Counted from the first letter of the stretch, positions 41,081 to 50,006 are shown. The stretch: 64,000 nt of DNA from Flavobacteriales bacterium (GCA_038316335.1 JBBQAM010000001.1:82247-146246), one strand, 5' to 3'. Notes: generated by a model from the letters alone, not told the origin. Made by a program: numbers and translations.

Positions 41081-42541
41081 ATGGGAAACGATAAACACCA
41101 AAAAGAAAATCCGTTAAAGGTCAACCGACGTCATTTCTTCTCCCAATTAAGCGTTGGCATCGGGTCATTGGCCTTAGGCTCCTTATTGATTCCGGACCTC
41201 TTTAAGAATGACCAGCGCGAAACCATCGGGCAGACATTGGGAATACCAAATTTTGCACCAAGTGCCAAGCGTGTCATTTATTTGTTTCAAGCAGGAGCAC
41301 CTTCACAGTTAGAGACTTTTGACCATAAACCTACCCTGCGGAAACGCATGGGAGAGGATTTGCCCGAATCGATTCGCAATGGGCAACGGTTAACAGGAAT
41401 GACGTCGGATCAAAAGACGTTCCCGTTGATGCCTCCGGCAGTCGGTTTTCAACAGCATGGTAAGAGTGGTGCCTGGGTCAGTGATTTTTTCCCCCATATT
41501 GCTAAAATTGCCGATGAAATTTGCATTGTAAAAAGTATGCATACCGAAGCCATAAACCATGATCCCGCCATCACTTTTTTTCAGACGGGAAGCCAAATAT
41601 CAGGCCGGCCAAGTATGGGCTCATGGATGAGTTATGGCTTGGGGAGTGAAAATAAGAACTTGCCATCGTTTGTTGTGCTGACGTCGAGGGGAAAAGGCAA
41701 TAGTCAGGGCCTTTATTCAAAATTGTGGTCAAGTGGTTTCTTAGATTCCAAACATCAAGGGGTATTATTGCGCTCAGGGAAAGATCCAGTGTTATACTTG
41801 AACGATCCCGAAGGTATTTCCCGTTCCGATAAACGTCATTTGTTAAATCAGGTGGCTTCGCTAAACAAGTTACACCATATTGAAACCGGGGATGACGAAA
41901 TCGAATCGCGTATTGCACAATATGAAATGGCCTATAGAATGCAAATGTCGGTGCCCGATGTTATGGATATTTCGAAAGAACCTGCCTCGATCATCAAATT
42001 ATATGGAGAGGATTGTCAAGTGCCCGGAACCTATGCTGCCAATGCGCTCCAGGCCAGAAGGCTTGCTGAAAATGGCGTGCGCTTCGTTCAATTATATCAT
42101 CAAGGATGGGACCAGCACGGCAATTTACCAAATGAAATGGCCGGCCAGGCAAAAGATGTCGACCAAGCCTCTGCCGCATTGATCCTCGATTTGAAACAAC
42201 GGGGCATGCTTGAAGATACCTTGGTCATATGGGGTGGTGAGTTTGGCCGTACCAATTATTGTCAAGGAAACTTCGATCCCAAAAATTACGGTCGCGACCA
42301 TCATCCGAGGGCCTTTAGTATTTGGATGGCCGGAGGGGGGATTAAACCGGGATTGTCTTATGGGCAAACCGATGAATTTGGCTATAATATTGTCGAGGAT
42401 CCTGTACATATCAATGATTTTCATGCCACATTGATGTATGCGATGGGTTTAGACCATGAACAAATGACCTATAAATATCAAGGTCGGCGTTTTCGATTGA
42501 CCGATGTTGCCGGTAACGTCATAAAAGACATCTTACTATAA
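41081..42541 (+). CDS. DUF1501 protein (Tat-exported, sulfatase/alkaline-phosphatase-like fold)
   Basis: Twin-arginine signal NRRHFFSQLSVGIGSLALG. 486 aa with a typical DUF1501 C-terminus (GGEFGRT...GRDHHP). Confidence 0.82.
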   Translation: MGNDKHQKENPLKVNRRHFFSQLSVGIGSLALGSLLIPDLFKNDQRETIGQTLGIPNFAPSAKRVIYLFQAGAPSQLETFDHKPTLRKRMGEDLPESIRNGQRLTGMTSDQKTFPLMPPAVGFQQHGKSGAWVSDFFPHIAKIADEICIVKSMHTEAINHDPAITFFQTGSQISGRPSMGSWMSYGLGSENKNLPSFVVLTSRGKGNSQGLYSKLWSSGFLDSKHQGVLLRSGKDPVLYLNDPEGISRSDKRHLLNQVASLNKLHHIETGDDEIESRIAQYEMAYRMQMSVPDVMDISKEPASIIKLYGEDCQVPGTYAANALQARRLAENGVRFVQLYHQGWDQHGNLPNEMAGQAKDVDQASAALILDLKQRGMLEDTLVIWGGEFGRTNYCQGNFDPKNYGRDHHPRAFSIWMAGGGIKPGLSYGQTDEFGYNIVEDPVHINDFHATLMYAMGLDHEQMTYKYQGRRFRLTDVAGNVIKDILL

Positions 42542-42544
42542 TTT

Positions 42545-43978
42545 ATGGTAAAGACGGTCAAAAATACTTGGGTCGATTCTACTGTTATGGCCCTTTCCGT
42601 TTTCCTTATATTTTGTTTGCTCTTCGAAAGCTATATCGAACTACCTCCTTTGGTTGCATGGATTGGTCGTTGGCACCCACTTGTGCTGCACTTTCCGATT
42701 GTACTTTTGCTTATTTGTATTTTTCTGGGACTTACTGGCCAGAAAATTTCGCGAAAGTTGCTTGCACTGGCCGTTATGGCAAGCTTAATAACCGCCATTT
42801 CAGGTTTTCTTCTTGGTAAGGCAACCGAAGTCAAGGGAGATCTGCTAATTTGGCATCAGTATCTTGGAGCGGCCGTTGCAATCGTTTCGGCTATTTGGTA
42901 TGGGCTATTTGAAAGTTCATTTGGGAAGACACTATACATTAAAGGTCTTCAGATAGTATTGCTTGGGCTGATCCTTATGACGGGCCATTATGGCGGAATG
43001 GTCACTCATGGCGAGAATTTTCTGGCATTACCTGTTGATAAATCCCTGGAGCCGATTCCCGAAAACCCTTTAATCTACCAGGATGTCGTGGTGCGCATTC
43101 TAGATGATAATTGCATCTCCTGCCACAATCCCAATAAGCGAAAAGGCAAATTGCTTATGACCAGTTTTCAAGACCTGCTAAAAGGGGGGAAGAGCGGTCT
43201 TGCTATAAGCCCAGGAGATCCTGGGAAAAGTGAACTTATGCGTAGGTTGCGCTTGCAAGAGGACGATGAAGAACATATGCCCCCTGACGGAAAAAAATCA
43301 TTGGCCCCTAATGAAATACAAATTTTGAATCGATGGATCTCATTAGGCGCTTCCGACTCGGTACGCTTGGCTGATTTGAAGGATACCGAGCCCTTAGTTG
43401 GATTTATTAAACAATTAATGGAACCTGATAGGGTCGAAAAATGGTCAAAATTACCGGTGGTTGCAGACAGTACCCTTCAGAGTCTATCTTCCGATTATTT
43501 GACCATTGGCCGAATTGCTAACAATTCGAATGCCTTAAGCGTATCGGCCTTTATGCCACCAGTATATGAAGCAAAATCGATCTTAGATCTTAATAGAATT
43601 GCCAACAATATCGTTGAATTCGATTTGAGTGGTATCCCTATCGGTCAAAAAGAAATGGTCTTGGTGGCAAGCTGTATGAACCTCGAAAGGCTTGAAATAG
43701 ATGGTACGTCTGTCAACGATTCCGATTTGATGAGGCTACAGGATCTTACGGAACTAGCATCATTAAAAGTGTTTAACACGAATATAAGTGATAAAAGTTT
43801 GCCAGTATTCGAGCATTTAAAAAACCTTAAACATCTCTATCTATGGGAAACGAAAGTGACTCAAAATGCCATTGAAAATCTTAAAGCCTTAAGACCCGAC
43901 CTTCAGGTAGATGATGGCATGGACGAGGAGGGAGTAAAATCATTCTTAGTCGTTCCCGATTCATTACAGCATGAATAG
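42545..43978 (+). CDS. Membrane-anchored c-type cytochrome domain protein with C-terminal LRRs
   Basis: The N-terminal ~150 aa has several TM helices with conserved His (HPLVLHFP, HQYLG, HYGGMVTHG; DUF2231-like). These are followed by CISCHNPNKRKGKL (PSCyt1-like) and leucine-rich repeats (LERLEIDGTSVNDSDL...LKHLYLWETKVT). Confidence 0.7.
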   Translation: MVKTVKNTWVDSTVMALSVFLIFCLLFESYIELPPLVAWIGRWHPLVLHFPIVLLLICIFLGLTGQKISRKLLALAVMASLITAISGFLLGKATEVKGDLLIWHQYLGAAVAIVSAIWYGLFESSFGKTLYIKGLQIVLLGLILMTGHYGGMVTHGENFLALPVDKSLEPIPENPLIYQDVVVRILDDNCISCHNPNKRKGKLLMTSFQDLLKGGKSGLAISPGDPGKSELMRRLRLQEDDEEHMPPDGKKSLAPNEIQILNRWISLGASDSVRLADLKDTEPLVGFIKQLMEPDRVEKWSKLPVVADSTLQSLSSDYLTIGRIANNSNALSVSAFMPPVYEAKSILDLNRIANNIVEFDLSGIPIGQKEMVLVASCMNLERLEIDGTSVNDSDLMRLQDLTELASLKVFNTNISDKSLPVFEHLKNLKHLYLWETKVTQNAIENLKALRPDLQVDDGMDEEGVKSFLVVPDSLQHE

Positions 43979-44201
43979 GTTTTGATGAATGACTTTCTAA
44001 AAAATGATAACTGACAATTGGGCATTTAGGAGTATACGATATTGAAGTACTTCGAACACTACCGACGTCATTATTGATTAAGGCCCATGACAAGACGAAC
44101 GTTTTCCACTTTCAATGATATTGAAAATAAAAACACCGTTTGGCCTTTTTAATTGGCATGCTACGGTCAGGGCCTTTCAATTTACTATTGTAAAAGACTA
44201 G

Positions 44202-44846
44202 CTACTTCGTCTTACTTTTTTTTCTGAAGATGAGGTCTTGTTCTTCCATTGCCATAACCACAAGTTTTACATAGTCGTCGATCGTTTTTTGAGTATCCTC
44301 GGGATCCAAAATGTCGATGTTGCCTCTCCATATCATCGACCTATCTTTACCCTCACAAATGCAATACAGCGATGTTTCTGCGTGATACACCGTATATTTT
44401 TCGTAGTAATCAGAGTCGTAATAAACGTCCTGATGTTGCCTATAATCTTCTTTAAAGCCCCCTTTGTAATTATTTAGTTCGTTTAAGGTTTGACGAAATG
44501 ATTCCCGAGTCTCGGAACCGATTATTTTAGTTACCAAAATGGCGTCAAAATCCTTTTCCAACAATTGTGATTCGACGGCATCAAGTTCTTTTTCAGTACG
44601 TGCCGAACGGGTAAAATCAACATCAAAGAGATCTAAGCTTCGCATGGCCTCGACACCCCGGTCATCGAATTCTTTTTTCAACTTGCTCTCAAACTCCGTT
44701 CTGGCTTTCTCATTATGGGTCATTCCTACGATCAGGACTTTATTGGCGTTGAAAATAACGATATCCGGGTTTTTCCAGTTGTCGACCATTTCGGCCGAGG
44801 TACACGCTAGTAAGGTGAGCGCAGTTATAAGCAATAGTTTTTTCAT
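44202..44846 (-). CDS. Lipoprotein, unknown function
   Basis: Signal MKKLLLITALTLLACTS. 214 aa. It lies 11 nt downstream of 44858-45301, so it is probably in the same operon. Confidence 0.6.
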   Translation of the reverse strand: MKKLLLITALTLLACTSAEMVDNWKNPDIVIFNANKVLIVGMTHNEKARTEFESKLKKEFDDRGVEAMRSLDLFDVDFTRSARTEKELDAVESQLLEKDFDAILVTKIIGSETRESFRQTLNELNNYKGGFKEDYRQHQDVYYDSDYYEKYTVYHAETSLYCICEGKDRSMIWRGNIDILDPEDTQKTIDDYVKLVVMAMEEQDLIFRKKSKTK

Positions 44847-44857
44847 TGGGTTGGAAT

Positions 44858-45301
44858 TTAATTCAGTAGTCTTTTCTGCTTTTGCTTTTTCAGCACTTTA
44901 GATATTAATTTAAATAGCCGGGTCTTTATATTTTGATAGTCGGTCATGTATTGCTGAATTTCAGTATCCAATTCCCAATGCGTCTTGGTGTAGGCCCTTT
45001 CCTTTGCTATTTGATCAACATTGTTCACCATGATTTCCAAGCGATTTTCGTGTGCTTGTACTTTTTTCATAAGCCAGATAACCTTTTCTTCCTCATATAA
45101 AATGGTGTTTACGATTTTTTTGCTTTCATCAAATACGGTACCATCGGTAAGTTCAATTGTATATGATTTTACCAGGTCGTTCAGGAATAATTGTTCATCC
45201 CGTGTGAATTTTAAAGCTGACATCCATCGTTTACTGGCTTCATGCATTTCTTCTGCATGTATCCATTCGGTATACCTGCGTTTTTTTTTCGTTGCTTCCA
45301 T
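44858..45301 (-). CDS. Helical hypothetical protein (paralogue of 45439-45870)
   Basis: 147 aa. It shares W-x-S/T-x-L-(K/R)F-x2-(D/Q)E-x2-F-x3-L-x2-SY and the overall length and helical pattern with the next gene. The C-terminal tail is basic. Confidence 0.6.
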   Translation of the reverse strand: MEATKKKRRYTEWIHAEEMHEASKRWMSALKFTRDEQLFLNDLVKSYTIELTDGTVFDESKKIVNTILYEEEKVIWLMKKVQAHENRLEIMVNNVDQIAKERAYTKTHWELDTEIQQYMTDYQNIKTRLFKLISKVLKKQKQKRLLN

Positions 45302-45342
45302 TGTTCTACTTTTTTAGGGTGCATGTGGAGAAAATATCCGTA

Positions 45343-45386
45343 CGAATTTATGAATCAGGAAGGTCGTTTGAAATGATTTATGTCAT
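45343..45386 (-). promoter_or_regulatory. Candidate Crp/Fnr-type operator plus -7 box; promoter of 44858-45301 (and lipoprotein 44202-44846)
   Basis: The plus strand reads ATGATTTATGTCAT at 45373-45386. After a 22-nt gap toward the gene, the minus strand reads TAAATTCG (45350-45343), one mismatch to TAnnTTTG. Confidence 0.55.
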
Positions 45387-45438
45387 GTTCCGGGTAGGGA
45401 GTCTGAACGTATTTAGAAGAGGTTTCAAGGCCAGGAAT

Positions 45439-45870
45439 TCATTCGTCTGTTTTTGGTTTGCGCCGTTTTAAGATACCGCCGGCATAATTGAATATTTCTG
45501 ATTTCAATTGTTGAAAGTCTTCCATGCACCCCACCACTTCTGCCTTTAGAATAGCGTGCTTTTGATAAAAACCCAGATCGCATGCTTCGTCCTTGCATTC
45601 GAGCATACCTCCTAGATCTTTTTCGTGGTTTATAATTTGCTGGATTACCTGTGTTTTTCTACTCTTTGCCTTTTTCAATCGTTCGATATAGTCCTGAAGG
45701 CGTTCGAACAAATTCGGTGTATTGGGTTCGAAAACATAGGACTGCAACAAATTATCTATAAAGCTGATTTCATCTTGCATAAAGCGCAAGGTCGATTTCC
45801 AATGTCGGGTGTCCCAATGCAATTCCTCGACTTTTTTTGACTGGTCTTTATTTGTATTTTGTGTCTCCAT
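45439..45870 (-). CDS. Helical hypothetical protein (paralogue of 44858-45301)
   Basis: 143 aa. HWDTRHWKSTLRFMQDEISFIDNLLQSYVFE aligns with EMHEASKRWMSALKFTRDEQLFLNDLVKSYTIE of the neighbouring gene. Confidence 0.6.
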   Translation of the reverse strand: METQNTNKDQSKKVEELHWDTRHWKSTLRFMQDEISFIDNLLQSYVFEPNTPNLFERLQDYIERLKKAKSRKTQVIQQIINHEKDLGGMLECKDEACDLGFYQKHAILKAEVVGCMEDFQQLKSEIFNYAGGILKRRKPKTDE

Positions 45871-45887
45871 GGAAATTTATATACCTA

Positions 45888-45931
45888 TAAAACTAAGGGT
45901 TCACTTAATTTTTTGAAATGATTTTGGTCAT
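45888..45931 (-). promoter_or_regulatory. Candidate Crp/Fnr-type operator plus -7 box; promoter of 45439-45870
   Basis: The plus strand reads ATGATTTTGGTCAT at 45918-45931. After a 22-nt gap, the minus strand reads TAGTTTTA (45895-45888). The palindrome ends 5 nt downstream of the stop codon (45936-45938) of the upstream MBL gene. Confidence 0.6.
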
Positions 45932-45935
45932 ATTT

Positions 45936-47306
45936 CTAAATCGCTATTTCTACTATCTCATTTAGCTTCGGTAGCATACTATGCCAATTAAAGACGGATG
46001 CAAGTTTTACGCGAAGGGCATCTAACGCAGTTGGTTCCCCATGCACGAGAAATACGCGCTCCGGAATATTTTTTATGTTACTTGCCCAGTGGATCAGTTC
46101 GTCCTGATCGGCGTGCGCGGAAAGGCTTTCCAGATGCGCTATGTTGGCTTTAACGGGGACAAATTTTCCGAATAGTTTAATCTCATGTGCTCCTTCGAGT
46201 AATTGCCTTCCCCTTGTGCCTTCGGCTTGATACCCTACCAATAGTACATTGGTGGAAGCACTGTCGATCAATTGTTTCAAGTAGGTGAGCACACGGCCGC
46301 CTGTGACCATTCCGCTCCCCGCAATGACTATTTTAGGCCTGGGGTCATCGATTGTTTTCCACGTATCGGCATACGAGGTTATTATTTCAAAATGATTGCA
46401 CATTGCATGACATTCGTCGCTTGACAGGGTATGCCATTTCGGAAAATTTTCAAATACCGTTAATACATTGTTGCCCATCGGACTGTCAATAAAAAGCGGA
46501 ATGTTGGGGATGCGATTCTTTTTGTATAAGTCCCATAAAAGATACATCAGCGATTGTAAACGTTCGACCGCGAAGGAAGGTATGATCAAATTGCCCCTTT
46601 CGGTAAGTGTTTTGTTGATGAGCTGTATCAATATTTCTTCTACGGGTTCCTGAGGATGCAATTTATTGCCATAGGTACTTTCCATAAATAAATAATCTGC
46701 CCACTTGGGTCTTTCCGGGGTGCCTAACAGGAGATCGTGGATGCGTCCGATATCCCCAGAAAAAACGAATATCTTTTCGAAAATCTCAAGTTCAATAAAT
46801 GTGGCACCAAGGATATGGCCATTATACCTGAATCTAAATCTTATATGTTCGGCAAGCTGGATCCAAACGTCTTTTTCCTCAGAATGAAACAGTTTCGTGG
46901 TGCTTTCGACCTCTTCAACGGTATAAAACGGCAATGCGGGGTGATGCTTTGAATACCCTTCCTCATTTGCGCGCTTTGCTTCTTCTTCATGGATCTTCGC
47001 ACTATCCCGCAGTATAATCGTCGTTATGGCCAATGTGGGTGCTGTCCCGATGATTTTCCCCGAAAAGCCTTCTTTGACCAAGCGGGGTAAATAGCCAGTA
47101 TGATCTAAATGACCGTGTGTAAGCAACACTACATCAATTTTGGTACAATCTATGGGCAAAGGTTTCCAGTTGAGTTCCCTAAGCTCCTTCAGACCTTGGA
47201 ACATACCACAGTCGACCATGATATTTATTTCCGGAGTTTCAAGATAATGTTTCGAGCCGGTGACGGTTCCAGCAGCCCCGAGAAAATGGATCCTGACTTT
47301 ATTCAT
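45936..47306 (-). CDS. MBL-fold metallo-hydrolase of the beta-CASP (RNA/DNA-processing) type
   Basis: ORF 45936-47345. ATG at 47306 (MNKVRIHFLGAAGTVTGS) overlaps the upstream gene by 8 nt. Motifs: LLTHGHLDHTG, a beta-CASP region, and C-terminal SAHADQDEL. Confidence 0.85.
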   Translation of the reverse strand: MNKVRIHFLGAAGTVTGSKHYLETPEINIMVDCGMFQGLKELRELNWKPLPIDCTKIDVVLLTHGHLDHTGYLPRLVKEGFSGKIIGTAPTLAITTIILRDSAKIHEEEAKRANEEGYSKHHPALPFYTVEEVESTTKLFHSEEKDVWIQLAEHIRFRFRYNGHILGATFIELEIFEKIFVFSGDIGRIHDLLLGTPERPKWADYLFMESTYGNKLHPQEPVEEILIQLINKTLTERGNLIIPSFAVERLQSLMYLLWDLYKKNRIPNIPLFIDSPMGNNVLTVFENFPKWHTLSSDECHAMCNHFEIITSYADTWKTIDDPRPKIVIAGSGMVTGGRVLTYLKQLIDSASTNVLLVGYQAEGTRGRQLLEGAHEIKLFGKFVPVKANIAHLESLSAHADQDELIHWASNIKNIPERVFLVHGEPTALDALRVKLASVFNWHSMLPKLNEIVEIAI

Positions 47307-48159
47307 CGTAGACATATTTGATATTACATAGTTGACTGGCTTCATCGAGAATTTTTTTCTTTCTGACCTCTGAAATTCCCAAATGATCTAATAGGAATTT
47401 ATTTTTCTGAAGTTGCCTGTATAGAACGATATCCCGGCCTAATAAAAATGACTTTTCATGAACGGTTAATAAGCGGGTTACCGTTATTGGGTAAAGCCCC
47501 AAACGATCGATACGGTCTTTTAGGCCGTCGTTTTTCGGAAAATCCCAACTCAAAAGATGAAGTCCGACACAGGTGCCATAAATAATCGCATCTTGGGTAA
47601 AACGGGTATTTGTAACAACCATTCCATAGGCCATGTTTTTTGATTTATCGGTACCTCGTTCCCATTGCTTTTTTACATCCTGATATCTTGAATGAATATA
47701 TAATGGCACCTTTACATCACAATTTCGGCCTTCCTCGCTATGAAATTTACATTCCATGATGCTTACCTGGCCGTTTTTTTCTGCAAAGACATCTATTTCG
47801 TGCTTGACACATGCGCCGTGCATTATTTTTCCTACTTGGGTTTGATAGCCGGAATATTCAAATATGGCAGCAATGAATTTTTCAAAGGGAAAGCCGGTCG
47901 GACCTAGTTCGTAGAGGGCCTTTTTTAATTTATATTTCGAAGCGGCTACTGATCTTTTTGCTTTTAATAAGGCGAAGGCGCGATTATAGATTTCCTTAGT
48001 GGTAATGCCCTGATAAAGTTCGTCACCAATTGTATTGGTTATCTGCTTGACCAAATCTTCGTCAGCTCCACTACGTTTAAGGGACGTTCGAAGTTTATTC
48101 ATAGAGAATTTGACTTTTTCCCCTGAGGTTTTAATGATATCATAATGCGATGTTTCCAT
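47299..48159 (-). CDS. ATP-cone domain fused to a PD-(D/E)xK (Mrr-like) nuclease-fold domain
   Basis: The N-terminal ~90 aa resembles an ATP-cone (KVKFSMNKLRTSLKRSG...TTKEIYNRAFALLK). The central part HEIDVFAEKNGQVSIMECKFH fits a D...ExK nuclease core. Confidence 0.65.
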   Translation of the reverse strand: METSHYDIIKTSGEKVKFSMNKLRTSLKRSGADEDLVKQITNTIGDELYQGITTKEIYNRAFALLKAKRSVAASKYKLKKALYELGPTGFPFEKFIAAIFEYSGYQTQVGKIMHGACVKHEIDVFAEKNGQVSIMECKFHSEEGRNCDVKVPLYIHSRYQDVKKQWERGTDKSKNMAYGMVVTNTRFTQDAIIYGTCVGLHLLSWDFPKNDGLKDRIDRLGLYPITVTRLLTVHEKSFLLGRDIVLYRQLQKNKFLLDHLGISEVRKKKILDEASQLCNIKYVYDE

Positions 48160-48239
48160 AGTGGTTCTTTAAGTTGGCCCGAAAAGTTAAAGATGCATGT
48201 TCGGAAATGGCAACAAGTAGGATGCTCGCACGAATTTTT

Positions 48240-49094
48240 TCATTGGGTTAAATCGTGCATCACCAGAACTGGGATTTTTGAATGGTATCCCATTTCCTTT
48301 ACCAAAGGTTTTGATAGCATGCTGTTGAAGAAATTGTGTTTTTTAGTGATAAACGCAATCATATCACTTTCCCTACTTTCAATAAAAGCACTGATTCCCG
48401 CAGGCACCTTAAGTTCGCTAATGTTATGGTACGTATGGGAGGTGTCTTTCAAAATTTCTTCCAACAGGTCCTTGTTCGCCTGTTGTTCATGACTTAGTTC
48501 AGACTCGCGTACAATATGTAATACTCTGATGAACGCACCATGATATTTGGTAATTTCGATTAGATAATTCAGTTCTTTTCGTTTAAAGGCAGTTTTATAA
48601 TCAGTCGGAAAAACGATTTCCTTTGGTTTGATAAATCGGACTATATCGGGAATCGCCAAGACGGCACATTCAGTAACTTTTTCCATGATGTTCACGGTAT
48701 TCGTTCCAAAAACGACACTGGCAGCACCCGTCTCACCTTTGGTGCCCATGACGACGATATCGATGTCATTTTTGGCAATGGTGTCCTTTATGGCAAATAA
48801 CAGGGAGTTGAATGTTGAAATGGTATGGAAGGTATGTTTTGGATTATCATTGTGTAGTTCAAGGATATCCATTAATTTTTCAAAGTTCTCCTCTGAGGTT
48901 TTTTTTGCAGCTTCATAGGCCGGTTCCCCTGGCTCGGGAAACATCATCATGGTGTCAATCGAATAACCGTTGACTTGATACGCATGCAAATAGTAGAATT
49001 CACACACCTGATCATGGAATAGATCTAAGGCATACCGAATTGCATTCAAGGCATTCTTCGAAAAATCAGTGGGTAATAATACTCTTTTGTCCAT
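48240..49094 (-). CDS. Universal stress protein, tandem-domain type (paralogue 1)
   Basis: 284 aa. N-terminus VLLPTDFSKNALNAIRYA and ATP-loop VVMGTKGETGAASVVFGTNT, followed by a second Usp domain. Confidence 0.88.
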   Translation of the reverse strand: MDKRVLLPTDFSKNALNAIRYALDLFHDQVCEFYYLHAYQVNGYSIDTMMMFPEPGEPAYEAAKKTSEENFEKLMDILELHNDNPKHTFHTISTFNSLLFAIKDTIAKNDIDIVVMGTKGETGAASVVFGTNTVNIMEKVTECAVLAIPDIVRFIKPKEIVFPTDYKTAFKRKELNYLIEITKYHGAFIRVLHIVRESELSHEQQANKDLLEEILKDTSHTYHNISELKVPAGISAFIESRESDMIAFITKKHNFFNSMLSKPLVKEMGYHSKIPVLVMHDLTQ

Positions 49095-49118
49095 AACGAA
49101 CCATTTAGGGTTATGGGA

Positions 49119-49162
49119 TAAAATTACTTCCTGGACCGCCCGTTTACTATGACAAATATCAG
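49119..49162 (-). promoter_or_regulatory. Candidate Crp/Fnr-type operator plus -7 box; promoter of usp 48240-49094 (probably continuing into 47299-48159 and 45936-47306)
   Basis: The plus strand reads ATGACAAATATCAG at 49149-49162, which is CTGATATTTGTCAT on the minus strand. After a 22-nt gap the minus strand reads TAATTTTA (49126-49119). The palindrome overlaps the stop codon of the upstream usp. Confidence 0.6.
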
Positions 49163-49995
49163 TCTGTGGTAGGAATGATCAAAAAGGGAATATCAAGGTC
49201 AAATGCCATTCTTTTTACAACGGGCTCCCTACTAACCTTTTTTAAAAAACTATGTTCATAATTCACCATTGCGAGCATATCGATATTCAGTTCATCCAAA
49301 AATGTGTGGATCGAATTGGCCTTTGTCTTAAAAAGAGGCATCCAGTACATTTTATACTCAAAAGGCAAGAGGTATTTCAATAGGATGCTTTTATTCATTT
49401 CTTGTGTAGCATCCAATACTTCTTCTTCGTGGATGTGCATTAAACTTATTTTAGAGCGATATTGCTTGGCAAGAAAAAGTAACGGCTGTAATAATTCGGC
49501 ATCGTACGAATGATGATAGTCAGTAACAAAGGCAATTTCGCTGGGAGGTTTAAAATCAATTTCTTTTGGAATGGTCAAAATAGGGCATTTTTTTATACTG
49601 GATATAGTATCCAAGGCATTGCTTCCTAAAAAAATAGCTGCGAGCTCTGAACCGCCACTGTTACCCATTACCACTAAATCAATCTGCCGGTCTTCGACCT
49701 CTTTAATCAAAATCGACTGCAGTTCTCCGAAATGCGAGATGTACTCAAAAGTGTGTTTGGTTTTGGGAAAATCCAATTTAATTCGGTGTACAAGATTTTG
49801 GAGTCCTTCAAGTGACTCCAGCTTTAGTTGATCGACCCTGTCTTTTTCTACTAGGATTTCCTTTAAGGCAGTATTTGCGTCATAGGCATTCAATAAGAAA
49901 AAGTTGGTAGCTTTTCCTTTCAACAATTTTACGGCATAAAAAAGAGCGCTATAGGCATTGTTGGAAAAATCTGTGGGCACAAGTATATTTTTCAT
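49159..49995 (-). CDS. Universal stress protein, tandem-domain type (paralogue 2)
   Basis: 278 aa. ILVPTDFSNNAYSALFYA and VVMGNSGGSELAAIFLGSNA. Confidence 0.88.
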   Translation of the reverse strand: MKNILVPTDFSNNAYSALFYAVKLLKGKATNFFLLNAYDANTALKEILVEKDRVDQLKLESLEGLQNLVHRIKLDFPKTKHTFEYISHFGELQSILIKEVEDRQIDLVVMGNSGGSELAAIFLGSNALDTISSIKKCPILTIPKEIDFKPPSEIAFVTDYHHSYDAELLQPLLFLAKQYRSKISLMHIHEEEVLDATQEMNKSILLKYLLPFEYKMYWMPLFKTKANSIHTFLDELNIDMLAMVNYEHSFLKKVSREPVVKRMAFDLDIPFLIIPTTD

Positions 49996-50006
49996 GTGGC
50001 AAAGTA

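Noticed and set aside
43979-44201. The 223-nt gap between convergent genes, considered as a possible sRNA or micro-ORF locus
   Set aside because: It contains only short palindromes, for example TCAAT-GAT-ATTGA at about 44111-44123. There is no convincing promoter plus terminator pair and no ORF with recognisable features, so the evidence is insufficient.
48134-48143. ATGATATCAT palindrome, whose half-sites are identical to the stress operator
   Set aside because: The half-sites abut with no N4 spacer. It lies inside the 5' coding region of the ATP-cone gene and has no -7 box at the right distance.
45936-48159. The ATP-cone nuclease plus MBL hydrolase pair read as an anti-phage defence system
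   Set aside because: There is no methyltransferase, helicase, toxin-antitoxin, integrase or other island hallmark nearby. The pair sits inside a stress operon with a shared operator. The idea is noted as an alternative in the finding but is not supported.
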